Below, one piece after another: positions 29,401-37,898 of a DNA stretch of 64,000 nt (position 1 is its first letter; each line of letters begins with the position of its first letter). Source of the stretch: Planctomycetota bacterium (lineage in GTDB: Bacteria; Planctomycetota; GCA-002687715; CAIWVZ01); contig JBGANV010000008.1 of NCBI GenBank assembly GCA_044222185.1, positions 241,875-305,874 on the forward strand. Reading direction: 5' to 3'. Position numbers and translations under genes: made by a program. The notes beneath the pieces were generated by a model, which worked only from the letters and a program-made list of their open reading frames with translations, made no database searches and was not told the origin of the DNA.

Positions 29401-29663
29401 GCATGCGAACTGCGTTGGTGTTCATCGAGCGACGGCTTCGGACCTGGACGAAGGTGGCTGTGGCCGAACCCGCCGCCGCAGACTCACTTCGTGCCATGCG
29501 CCGGCTCCTCCGTCATGCGGCCTTCGCGTCGGCGACGACGACGGCCGCTCTCGACGCGCTCAGCCCCGATCAGAATCTCGCCTGGCGAAAGCTGATCGAC
29601 GGGTTGAAGCTCGCAGTCGAAAACCTGGCTGCTCAGGTCGAGACACGACCGGTCGTCAGATGA
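26409..29663 (+). CDS. Ser/Thr protein kinase with TM helix and TPR repeats
   Basis: LGRGGQGEV, VALK, HRDVKPSN, DFG, APE, DLYAFG; TM LVAGLILLVALGLA; TPR-like helices. Confidence 0.93.
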   Translation: MNERILNAFLKAIAHDRSLGITRTLAEYQALWAGHEDDIARKFREIFGNEEDGAAPPSANAGRIGSYELVRLLGRGGQGEVHLARDLRLGRQVALKILDAGVVLSPAAQVRFKREAELAARLDHPGLGTVFEAGQEGRCSFIATAFHGGGSLAHAIEAARADRNAAPFVPRDGAALRRLARAFADLAGALAVAHDAGVLHRDVKPSNIMLREDGGLVLIDFGLARAIVDDATMDVTQSGELFGTSAYLAPELISGRGRPDRRTDLYAFGATLFETLTGRPPFDGPTREAILDRVLREDPARPSTRNPVIPRDLDAIVETLLDKDPDRRYADAAAVAQDLLAVAEGRPVSVVRLTAAGRARRWLRRRPLVAGLILLVALGLATASVFLGLWIADRPAVAETLRRERAAACERLLEDASFQLHHGSLPIASRLVNEAIAADPDSIDARALGAIIAVASTKTVDDALLAPLRANGREDLVAPIRALAAFEAGSLDDADRKLAEAPPPTSAVAHFTQGMVRLRIAHHGRPAESRATSAADARPDESALHELDLAVATATVARRLYHMERLHAAFHLGDRKRCLDVVEAATPICGSSPTGSAWIVECLAEAGESERALKLAQSILAEHAEALRERPHLHARVFDDCLVLLARLGDSRAVIEQADRFTALFPGQPQGMIQKARAKARLGELEEAAAVLAEIERRGLLSGADAGTRMTFLSFAADLARAAGQPTEAIRRLKEAVTVSPSDPGARVALARMLFETNDPGALAAARTAVETSPADAWSWARLGVLADDGAEAERALSRACELPGTPSFAGAELARRLEARGRFDEAITLCERSLRAGFEPARGQLAEIYVALGETDALERLAKEGLSTNPADPYPTLAAAFAARERGRFAEAASLAERSLELAQSAGRPPPDAAHALAEDSAALAAALEDEDAAADAVAKARLAHAIALSDKRARTEEAWRAAMEALGRAADETRSNQLESAALDILRSRPQDPDASMRTALVFIERRLRTWTKVAVAEPAAADSLRAMRRLLRHAAFASATTTAALDALSPDQNLAWRKLIDGLKLAVENLAAQVETRPVVR

Positions 29664-30002
29664 CGCCGGTGCGCGGGGCCGAGCGCACGCGATTCCCCGG
29701 ACGAACCGCCCAATGCGCTTTATGACTCGAAGCGGCGCCCGAGATCCTCCCGGCGCGCGCACCTTCAACGGATCGACGGTGGGCCCCCGCACGGCGCGCG
29801 ACCGTTCCAACGGTTCCGTCGAGGGGTGGCGCCCCGCTCAAGCCAGGGCCTGAAGACTCCCGAAAAAACCACAACGGCGTATCGACGCGTCGCCAGTCCC
29901 GCGTGAGACGCGGACACCGCTCATGCCGCGGCGGCATGGACCCCGCGGTGCATCGTTCGGCGACCGTTCATCCGCAGGCATTTCCACCCGAAGGACCGGC
30001 AC

Positions 30003-30680
30003 ATGGATGCCGTCGAGGAACACATCGGCACGACCGCGAACTCATTGCCCCGCGCGACCCGTCGGCGCATCTTCGCGACGATCGCGGCGTGCAGTTGGAT
30101 GCTGATCCTCGTCTTCGGCGCGGTTCCGCTGTGGATCTACGGCGCGACGTCGGGCCCGGACGCGGAGGCGTTGCGGCGATGGCCTTCCGACAGCGGGATC
30201 GCACACCTGCCGGGCAAAGCGACGTTGCTCGTGTTCGCGCATCCCAAGTGCCCCTGCACGGCGGCCACGCTCACCGAACTTCGTGCCGTGTTGTCGCGGT
30301 TCGCCGCAGGGTTGGATGCGGTGATGGTGTTCGTACAGCCCGACGGCGTCAGCGAGGAGTGGTGTCACGACGATCTGTGGCGCAGCGCGAGCGCGATTCC
30401 CGACCTCCGCCGGGCGATCGACCCTGGCGGTCGCGAAGCCCAGCGCTTCGGCGCACGCACGTCCGGTCACGTGATGCTCTACTCGGCTGACACGGAGCTC
30501 CTCTTCTCCGGTGGCATCACGCATGCACGCGGAGACGCCGGGGATGATGCGCACGCCAAGCTGCTCATAGATGCGATCCTCACAGGACGGCCGCCCCACC
30601 CCCTCGGCAGTTCCACCGCCGACCGCGTGCCGCTGCACGCGCCCGTCTTCGGCTGCCTCCTGATGGAGGATGCACGATGA
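30003..30680 (+). CDS. RedB-like thioredoxin-fold membrane-anchored protein
   Basis: TM helix, then LLVFAHPKCPCT, FGARTSGHVMLY, FSGGIT, PVFGC; ATGA-coupled to the histidine kinase. Confidence 0.7.
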   Translation: MDAVEEHIGTTANSLPRATRRRIFATIAACSWMLILVFGAVPLWIYGATSGPDAEALRRWPSDSGIAHLPGKATLLVFAHPKCPCTAATLTELRAVLSRFAAGLDAVMVFVQPDGVSEEWCHDDLWRSASAIPDLRRAIDPGGREAQRFGARTSGHVMLYSADTELLFSGGITHARGDAGDDAHAKLLIDAILTGRPPHPLGSSTADRVPLHAPVFGCLLMEDAR

Positions 30681-32617
30681 GCCGCCGATATTCGGACATG
30701 AACGTGCCGGTCCCGTCGAATGCCGTCGCGCGTGCAGAGGAGCTCTACGAGAAGCAGCTCGACACCACGTTCCGGCAACACGATCGCCTCTTCGGGCGCC
30801 TGTTCCTGTTGCAGTGGGTGTGCGCGATCGTGATGGCGTTCACCTGGTCGCCCTATGCGTGGGAGGGCAAGACGCGATCGACGCATACACACGTCATCTA
30901 CGCGATCTTCTTCGGAGCTGCGCTCACCATTCCGGCGCTCGTGATGATCCGGCGGGCGTCGGGCACGATGTGGACGCGCCAACTGATCGCCGTCTCGCAG
31001 TCGTCCTGGTCAGCCCTGCTCATTCACCTCACCGGAGGAAGGATCGAGACGCACTTCCACATCTTCGTGTCGCTCGCGTTCCTCGCGTTCTACACGGATT
31101 GGAAGGTGATCGTCTCCGCAGCCGCGGCCGTCATCATCGATCATCTGTGCCGAGGCCTGCTCTGGGCGGAATCCGTCTACGGGATCACGAACCCCGAGTC
31201 CTGGAGGATCTTCGAACACGCTTTCTGGGTCTCATTCGAGTGCGTCGCCCTCATCCTGGGAATCCGCGAGACGCGTCGTTCGTGGCGCGAACTCGCGGTT
31301 CGCCAGGCGGCCCTCGAATCGGCGAACGAGGCCGTCGAAGCGAAGGTGGCCGAGCGCACGGAGGACCTGGCAGCCAGCCGTGAGCTCTACCGGGCCCTCC
31401 TCGAGACGACGAAGACGGTTCCCTGGGAGCTCGATCCGGCGACCCAGCGATTCACGTACGTCGGTCCCCAGATCGAGCAGCTTCTTGGATTCCCACCGGA
31501 CGAGTGCACGAGGGACGGCTTCCTCCGTGCCGTCCTCCACTCCGACGACGCGGCGCACGCGCGCAAGACGATGATGCTCGTCCGACTGGGCTCGACCTGC
31601 GACGTGGAGGTCCGAGCCCAGCGCGCCGACGGTTCGTGGTTGTGGGTGCGCATGATCGGGACGCTCGTGTCTGCGAAATTCGACGGCACCGGCCGCGATC
31701 CTGATTGGCCGGCCTCCGTCCTTCGCGGCGTCATGTTCGACACGACGGAGCGGCGGGAGATGGAGCGTCAACTGAACCAGTCGCAGAAACTGGAGTCCGT
31801 CGGGCGCCTCGCCTCCGGAATCGCTCACGAAATCAACACGCCGGTCCAATTCATCACCGACAGCATCCATTTCGTTCGCGATGCCACGGCGGATCTCGGG
31901 AAGTTGGTGAACGACTGGCAGGAGCTGACGCGAGCCGTCGTGGCGGGCCAGGACGCCACACCCGTCGCACGCCGGGCAGAGAAGCGCGAGGAGGAGATCG
32001 AGGTCGGGTACATCCTCGAGAACATCCCGAAGGCGCTGGACCGCTCGATCGATGGATTGAACCGCGTCACGACGATCGTGCAGTCGATGCGCGCATTCGC
32101 CCATCCCGACCAGCACTGCATGTCGGCCGTGGACCTGAACGACGCCATCGAGAGCACGCTCACGATCGCCCGCAACGAATACAAATACGTCGCAGACGTG
32201 CGAACGGACTACGGTGACATCCCGACGGTCATCTGCCACGTCAGCGACGTGAACCAGGCCGTCCTCAACATCATCGTGAATGCCGCACACGCCATTCAGG
32301 ACGTGGTCGAGGGCACTGAGCACCGCGGCTTGATCACCGTCCGCACGCGGTTGGACGGCGACACCGTCGTGATCACCATTGCCGACACGGGCCGGGGCAT
32401 CCCCGTGGAGATCCGCGACCGCGTCTTCGATCCGTTCTTCACGACGAAGGAGGTCGGACGCGGGACCGGACAAGGCCTGGCGATCGCACGCGCCGCGATC
32501 GTCGACAAGCACCACGGCCAACTGACGTTCACCAGCGAGCCGAACCGTGGAACGACCTTCACGATTCGTCTTCCGCTGGCGCCCGCGCCAACTCGCCTCG
32601 AAGGAGCCGTCACGTGA
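30677..32617 (+). CDS. Membrane PAS sensor histidine kinase (RedC-like membrane domain)
   Basis: GRIETHFHIFVSLAFLAFY membrane domain; PAS; H-box GIAHEINTP; N, D/F and G boxes (NAAHA, DTGRGI, FDPFFTTK, GTGQGL). Confidence 0.93.
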   Translation: MSRRYSDMNVPVPSNAVARAEELYEKQLDTTFRQHDRLFGRLFLLQWVCAIVMAFTWSPYAWEGKTRSTHTHVIYAIFFGAALTIPALVMIRRASGTMWTRQLIAVSQSSWSALLIHLTGGRIETHFHIFVSLAFLAFYTDWKVIVSAAAAVIIDHLCRGLLWAESVYGITNPESWRIFEHAFWVSFECVALILGIRETRRSWRELAVRQAALESANEAVEAKVAERTEDLAASRELYRALLETTKTVPWELDPATQRFTYVGPQIEQLLGFPPDECTRDGFLRAVLHSDDAAHARKTMMLVRLGSTCDVEVRAQRADGSWLWVRMIGTLVSAKFDGTGRDPDWPASVLRGVMFDTTERREMERQLNQSQKLESVGRLASGIAHEINTPVQFITDSIHFVRDATADLGKLVNDWQELTRAVVAGQDATPVARRAEKREEEIEVGYILENIPKALDRSIDGLNRVTTIVQSMRAFAHPDQHCMSAVDLNDAIESTLTIARNEYKYVADVRTDYGDIPTVICHVSDVNQAVLNIIVNAAHAIQDVVEGTEHRGLITVRTRLDGDTVVITIADTGRGIPVEIRDRVFDPFFTTKEVGRGTGQGLAIARAAIVDKHHGQLTFTSEPNRGTTFTIRLPLAPAPTRLEGAVT

Positions 32618-33834
32618 CGCGACCACGAGTCCTCTTCGTCGACGACGAGCCGCAGGTACTCGACGCGCTGGAGAACTGCCTGCGCAAGAAGCGGAACGAA
32701 TGGGACCTCGTCTTCGCGCTGGGCGGATCTGCCGCGGCGACGGAGCTCGGCCGTGCGCCGTTCGACGTCATCGTGTCGGACCTGCGCATGCCGGGTCTCG
32801 ACGGCGCCTCGTTCCTGCAAGTCGCACGGGAGGCGTGCCCGGGAGCAGTCCGCATCGTGTTGTCGGGACAGGCGGAGCGAGAGACGGTGCGCAGGACGCT
32901 GCCCGTCGCCCACCAGTTCCTCGCAAAGCCGTGCGAACCACAGGCGCTGCGAAACGTGATCGGCCAGGCGCTCCGTGTCTCGGCGTGCCTCGCGAATCCC
33001 ACGGTCCGCGACCTCGTCGGCAAGATGGACAAGCTGCCGTCCGTGCCCGAGATCTACACCGAACTCTCCACGGCCTCCGAGAACCCGAACGTCTCCGCGC
33101 CCGAGTTGGCCCGCATCTGCGAGAAGGACCCCGCGATCACGGCGAAAGTGCTGCAGCTCGTCAACTCTGCGTTTTTCGGGCTGAGGCAGGCGACGGCGTC
33201 GATCGAACAGGCCGTGGGCTACCTCGGATCCGAGCTGCTTCGCGGCCTCGTGTTGACGGCCCACGTGTTCACGTCCGCGGGGTCACCACCGCCCGACATC
33301 CTGTCGATCGCTCGCCTGCAAGAGCACTCGCTTCTCACGGCGCAGCTTGCGCGGCGCTTCCTCAGGGGTCGCACCGTCGCAGACGAGGCGTTCACCGCCG
33401 GACTCCTCCACGACATCGGCCGGCTCGCCCTGTCGATCGCCGTTCCCGACGAGATGCGGGCCATCCGGACGGAAATGGCCGCGACGGGCGAGCCGCTGCA
33501 CGTGATCGAGAGGCGTCGATTGAGCACCTCGCACACCGAAGTCGGGGCGTTCATCCTCGGCGGCTGGGGGCTCCCATTCTCGCTCGTGGAGGCCGTCGAG
33601 CACCACGAGACACCGGGCATGTTCCCTGACGGCGACCTCCTCGCGCTCGCCGCGGTTCACGTCGCCGATGCGCTGACCGACCACCTGACGATGGACGGCG
33701 CTCGTGCGCCAGCCCAGCCGTTGCTCGATGCGGCGTTCATCCAGCGGGCGGGGTTGGCGGATTCGGTCCCGGTATGGCTCGCGATCGCACAGCACGAGTT
33801 CCGGGCGATCCGGGGCGGCGACGCGCCGGCCTGA
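32614..33834 (+). CDS. Response regulator with HDOD domain
   Basis: VLFVDDE, SDLRMPG, FLAKP; HDOD motifs LPSVP, DPAITAKVLQLVNSAFFG, AGLLHDIG, HHE. Confidence 0.93.
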   Translation: MTRPRVLFVDDEPQVLDALENCLRKKRNEWDLVFALGGSAAATELGRAPFDVIVSDLRMPGLDGASFLQVAREACPGAVRIVLSGQAERETVRRTLPVAHQFLAKPCEPQALRNVIGQALRVSACLANPTVRDLVGKMDKLPSVPEIYTELSTASENPNVSAPELARICEKDPAITAKVLQLVNSAFFGLRQATASIEQAVGYLGSELLRGLVLTAHVFTSAGSPPPDILSIARLQEHSLLTAQLARRFLRGRTVADEAFTAGLLHDIGRLALSIAVPDEMRAIRTEMAATGEPLHVIERRRLSTSHTEVGAFILGGWGLPFSLVEAVEHHETPGMFPDGDLLALAAVHVADALTDHLTMDGARAPAQPLLDAAFIQRAGLADSVPVWLAIAQHEFRAIRGGDAPA

Positions 33835-33891
33835 CGCCGGACGCGCCGCGACGTGAGCGCGGGCGGAGCGAACCTCCCCCGCGTCACCCGC

Positions 33892-35976
33892 TCACGGAAC
33901 GATCGGGATGGTCACGGCGTTGGTCGCGCCGAGCGACACGCCGTTCCACATGGCGACATCGAGGGTGAGTTCCACTCCGATGAACGCGGGCGGCAACGAG
34001 AACCCATTGATGGCGAGCCCCATGTCCGCCGACCCCGTCGCGCCGAGCAGACCGGACGCATTGACGAACGGCGGCGTCGCCGGATTCGCGATCACGGCGT
34101 TCGTGAGGGCGTCGAAGTTCACCGGCAACGTGATGCCGAGGATTGGCGTGCCCGGCGTGGAGCCCGACAGCGATGGGAGCAACAGGTAGACGTTCCCGGC
34201 CTGAGCCGAGTTCGTGTGCACCGTGAGCCGCTGATCGACGAGCGCGGCCGCCGACTGCGACAGCGGATACGCCGCCAACACCGGTTGTGTGTACGGCAGG
34301 AACGGCAGCGTCACCGACGACTGCGTCGCTCCGCCTTCGATGACCGTCACGACCGAGCTCATGAAGACGGGCGCCACCTCGATCTCCGCGGCCGAACCGG
34401 TCGGCGGACGGTGGATGTGCATGTTCTCGACGGTGACGCGAATCCGATGCCCCTGCCGGAACGCATACGACTGGAGGTAGGGGTGGATCGTGACGGTGTT
34501 GAGGCCGAGCGCTCCACGCGTGGTGAACGAGTCACTGGTGACCCAGCGCTGCGCGCCGTTGGGCGCGACGTCGAAGATCACCGCGTGCAGCTGGTAATCG
34601 GGCGCCGTGGAGTTCACGCGAAGCTCGATGGTCGCGATGCCCTGCATCAGTCGATCGGTGGCGAGCGGCGGGGACGTCCAGGACACCGAATCAGGCGGAA
34701 TGATCGCGGCGAGCTGCGCCGCCGTCGGCAACAACCCGACGTAGGCCGGCATCGCGAACCCGGGCGGCACGGCGTGAATCAGAGGGTTCGCCGTCGGGCC
34801 GACAGCGGGCGCGGCCTGCAGGTTTCCACCGGCCGCCATGAAGAACTGCTGGCTGACCGCCGTCGGCGCGGGGATCGCGTCCTGGACGCGGAAATCCCAC
34901 AGCGAGCTCGAGTCCTGGTACGTCGTGACGTTCTCCGGGGTGACCTCCGCGAGGATGCGATTGCCCGAGGCCACGCCGTTGGGAACGCTCTTCAGGAACC
35001 GGTTGAACCAGTCTCGGCGCGTTTCTTCGAAGAGCGCACGGTCGCGTTGGTTGCTGGGCGAATCGTGCCCGCCGGTTCCGGCCTGGAACTTCTTCGGTGT
35101 CGCATTGGGCACCAGGGTCCATGCGAGAAGGCCAGACGACGGATAGACGCGCTTGTCGTCGTAGGAGACGTGCGCAAACACCGGCACGGTCATGTTCTGG
35201 AGGAGTGGCGTGGCGTCCATGCCGGGTGCGTTGACGAACGCGGCGACCGCGGCGAAGTTCTCGGCGAGGACGAGTGGCTGGAGGAAAGCCATCTCAGCCG
35301 GGCGGTACTCGAAGTTCGGGTTCGGAACGAACACCTTCTCGAGGAAGTTCGGGGAGAAGGCGTTCCCGTTCGGACCGCTCCCCAGACCGGCTTCCGAGTC
35401 CTTCGGAACGATGGCCGAGATGACCGGGAACGGCGCCACGCGCCACGGGTTCGGCGGAGGAACGCGACCGGAGTGCTGGCCGGCCCACCAGGAGTGCTGT
35501 GCACCCTGGGAGTAGCCCGTCACACCGATCCGGTTGAAATCCACGAATGGTGGGAAGAACGCCTCCGTCTGCTCCATCACCTCGAAGAGGTCGATGAGCT
35601 CGCGGACACCCTGGAATGTGTGGGCCAGCGCCAACGGGTTCAGCGTGAGGAAGTCACCCTGACCGCGGACGTCGTAGGCGCACGTGATGTACCCGTGCGA
35701 CGCGAAGTTCAGTGCCTCTCCGGCGACGACCGACCGATCACCGCCGCCCCCGTGGACGAAGACGATGAGGGGCCAGCCGCACGGTCCCGGCGCGCCCACG
35801 GGCATCCGCACGTCCATTCGCGCGCGGGCGCCGTCGCTGAAGTTCGCGACGAGATTCAGGAACTGCTGGACCGGAAATCCGCCGGGCGGCACGGCGGGGT
35901 CGGGGCACTGCGCGCGCAGGAACTGCGGCAGCGCCAAAACGATGAGCAACGCGGGAACGATGAAAAAGCGTGACAT
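33892..35976 (-). CDS. Secreted CocE/NonD (peptidase S15) family alpha/beta hydrolase with C-terminal domain
   Basis: GGAG SD, signal peptide; VHGGGG, YDVRGQG, nucleophile GYSQG, C-terminal YAFRQGHRIRV. Confidence 0.85.
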   Translation of the reverse strand: MSRFFIVPALLIVLALPQFLRAQCPDPAVPPGGFPVQQFLNLVANFSDGARARMDVRMPVGAPGPCGWPLIVFVHGGGGDRSVVAGEALNFASHGYITCAYDVRGQGDFLTLNPLALAHTFQGVRELIDLFEVMEQTEAFFPPFVDFNRIGVTGYSQGAQHSWWAGQHSGRVPPPNPWRVAPFPVISAIVPKDSEAGLGSGPNGNAFSPNFLEKVFVPNPNFEYRPAEMAFLQPLVLAENFAAVAAFVNAPGMDATPLLQNMTVPVFAHVSYDDKRVYPSSGLLAWTLVPNATPKKFQAGTGGHDSPSNQRDRALFEETRRDWFNRFLKSVPNGVASGNRILAEVTPENVTTYQDSSSLWDFRVQDAIPAPTAVSQQFFMAAGGNLQAAPAVGPTANPLIHAVPPGFAMPAYVGLLPTAAQLAAIIPPDSVSWTSPPLATDRLMQGIATIELRVNSTAPDYQLHAVIFDVAPNGAQRWVTSDSFTTRGALGLNTVTIHPYLQSYAFRQGHRIRVTVENMHIHRPPTGSAAEIEVAPVFMSSVVTVIEGGATQSSVTLPFLPYTQPVLAAYPLSQSAAALVDQRLTVHTNSAQAGNVYLLLPSLSGSTPGTPILGITLPVNFDALTNAVIANPATPPFVNASGLLGATGSADMGLAINGFSLPPAFIGVELTLDVAMWNGVSLGATNAVTIPIVP

Positions 35977-36127
35977 GAGTAGTCTCCGTTTGACGCCGAC
36001 CGCGCGCTCGGGGGGTGCGTGCGCCCGGAATGGCAGCGCGGCGGCGGGGCTTTGAAATTGCCCGGGCACCCCCCTATGCGTCACTTCGCCGTCGCGGGAG
36101 CTGAAGAAATCTCCGCGTCGTCGCAAG

Positions 36128-37231
36128 TCACTTGCTCGTGGGTGCTTGCAAGCACGCCTCCAGCAGCCGCCGCCCCAACCCGGCAATGTCCTTCGCGGCT
36201 TCGAGATTCGTGAGGCACACGACTGCGGCGCGCCGGTCGGGGCGCATGTAGAGAACGGTCGTCGTACCTTGCTGCCCTCCGGTGTGAAGAACGTCCGTGT
36301 GATCGCCGCGCTTCGCGACGGCGAAGCCCAGGCCGTAGCCGGTCGCTCGACCGTCGCGCGTCGTCTGGGGAGTCCACATCTCCTGACGGGTCGCCGCCTT
36401 CACGAGGCGGTCGTCGAAGAGCGCGATCGCGAACCGCGCGATGTCTCCCGCGGTCGAGCTGAACCCACCGCCGGCCACCTTCGCGCTGGTGTCGGCGAGG
36501 GCGCAGTTCTCGAGCGTGCCGTCACTCCGCAGGCGGTAGCCCCGGGCTCGATGCGGGATCAACCGGTGTGAATCGTCCGTCTGCGAATGGGTCATTCCGG
36601 CCCGTGCGAAGACGTTCCTCTGCATCAAATCGGGAAACGAAGCCCCGACGACCGCTTCGAGCACGCACCCGAGCACCGTGTAGCCGTAGGTCGAGTAGCC
36701 ATGTTTCGTCCCGGGCGCGAACGCGAGCGCGTCCTCTTTGAACGGATCGAGGGACTGCGTGAGGTTCGGATAATGGCGCGTGCTGTCGATCTCGCCGGGA
36801 CGATAGTGCCGGATGCCACTCTGATGAGTGAGGAGAAGGCGGGTCGTGATCGTGGCGCCCTTGTCGGGAAACGCCGTGCACCACTTGCGGCAGTCGTCGT
36901 CGATGCCGAGCTTCCCCGCCTCGACCTGTTGCATGACCGCCACGGCTGTCAGCGATTTCGAGATCGACGCAAGCCGGAAGACGGACTCGGGCGTGACCTC
37001 GACGGCGTTCTCGAGGTCGGCCTTCCCGTAGCTTCGCTCCAATCGGAGGACACCGTCCAGTACGACCGCGACTCCAGCACCCGGGATCCGCCCCTGCTCC
37101 ATGGCCGGTTTGATGACCGAGTCGACTGCGGTGGTGAGATCGGCGGGGCGAGACTCCTGGGCGACGCCTGCGGTGATGGCGACGAACGCCCAGACGACTG
37201 CGGTGCCGAGGAAGCGAAGCCGATGATTCAT
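36128..37231 (-). CDS. Serine hydrolase, beta-lactamase class C/AmpC-like family
   Basis: Signal peptide; FRLASISK (SxxK), LLTHQSG, YSTYGY, HTGG. Confidence 0.92.
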   Translation of the reverse strand: MNHRLRFLGTAVVWAFVAITAGVAQESRPADLTTAVDSVIKPAMEQGRIPGAGVAVVLDGVLRLERSYGKADLENAVEVTPESVFRLASISKSLTAVAVMQQVEAGKLGIDDDCRKWCTAFPDKGATITTRLLLTHQSGIRHYRPGEIDSTRHYPNLTQSLDPFKEDALAFAPGTKHGYSTYGYTVLGCVLEAVVGASFPDLMQRNVFARAGMTHSQTDDSHRLIPHRARGYRLRSDGTLENCALADTSAKVAGGGFSSTAGDIARFAIALFDDRLVKAATRQEMWTPQTTRDGRATGYGLGFAVAKRGDHTDVLHTGGQQGTTTVLYMRPDRRAAVVCLTNLEAAKDIAGLGRRLLEACLQAPTSK

Positions 37232-37262
37232 CGCTGAGATCTCCATCCGGCGAAGGCCGGGT

Positions 37263-37898
37263 TCATTCATGGGCGCGCAGGGCGTCGGCGAGGCGGCCGC
37301 CCTGAAGGTCACGTACCACCGCGGTCAGTCGCACCAGGGCTCGATTGAATCGCATGCGAGCGGCATCTTCGGCGATCCCGAGGCTCGTCGCGGCCTCTGC
37401 GAACGAACGCCCTTCCAGCTCACGCAGCTGGATGATGCGGCGGTCGTCGGTCGCGAGGAGCTCGAGCGCCAGCCGCACCCAGTCGCGCGTCTCGTTCCGC
37501 ATGGCCGTCTGGCTGGGCGTCGTGACCGAATCCACGGGCCGATCCAGGTCGATCACGCTGTCCCCTGGCATGGGACGCTCGCGAAGAACGTCCCGCCGCT
37601 GCGCCCGCCACCGGTCGTGCTCGTCGCGAAGGACGTTCTCGGCGATGCGCCCGAGCAGCGCCCGCAGATGCGCCGCGTCCGAGAGCAGACAACGAGGACC
37701 ATAGGCGAGGAACGCGGCGACGACTTCCTGCACGAGGTCGTCCGTCTCCGCCTTCCAATGTATGAGCGCGCCGAGTCGGCGGTGAACGTGGTCGCGGATG
37801 AACGGCAGGTGGTCGCGCAGGATCGCCGCCATGGCGGACGGCTCGCCGCGGTGAACGGCCGCAAGCAGGTCGCGCGTCGAGGTGTGAGGCAGGCTCAT
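37263..37898 (-). CDS. ECF RNA polymerase sigma factor
   Basis: ETDDLVQEV, TTPSQ, IIQLRELEGRSFAEAATSLGIAEDAARMRFNRAL; ATGA overlap with the kinase stop. Confidence 0.92.
   Translation of the reverse strand: MSLPHTSTRDLLAAVHRGEPSAMAAILRDHLPFIRDHVHRRLGALIHWKAETDDLVQEVVAAFLAYGPRCLLSDAAHLRALLGRIAENVLRDEHDRWRAQRRDVLRERPMPGDSVIDLDRPVDSVTTPSQTAMRNETRDWVRLALELLATDDRRIIQLRELEGRSFAEAATSLGIAEDAARMRFNRALVRLTAVVRDLQGGRLADALRAHE

Noticed and set aside
33853-35973. 706-aa plus-strand ORF
   Set aside because: Antisense shadow of the CocE/NonD hydrolase.
36128-37231. Calling this an antibiotic-resistance beta-lactamase
   Set aside because: The motifs support only the broad serine hydrolase family; substrate unknown.
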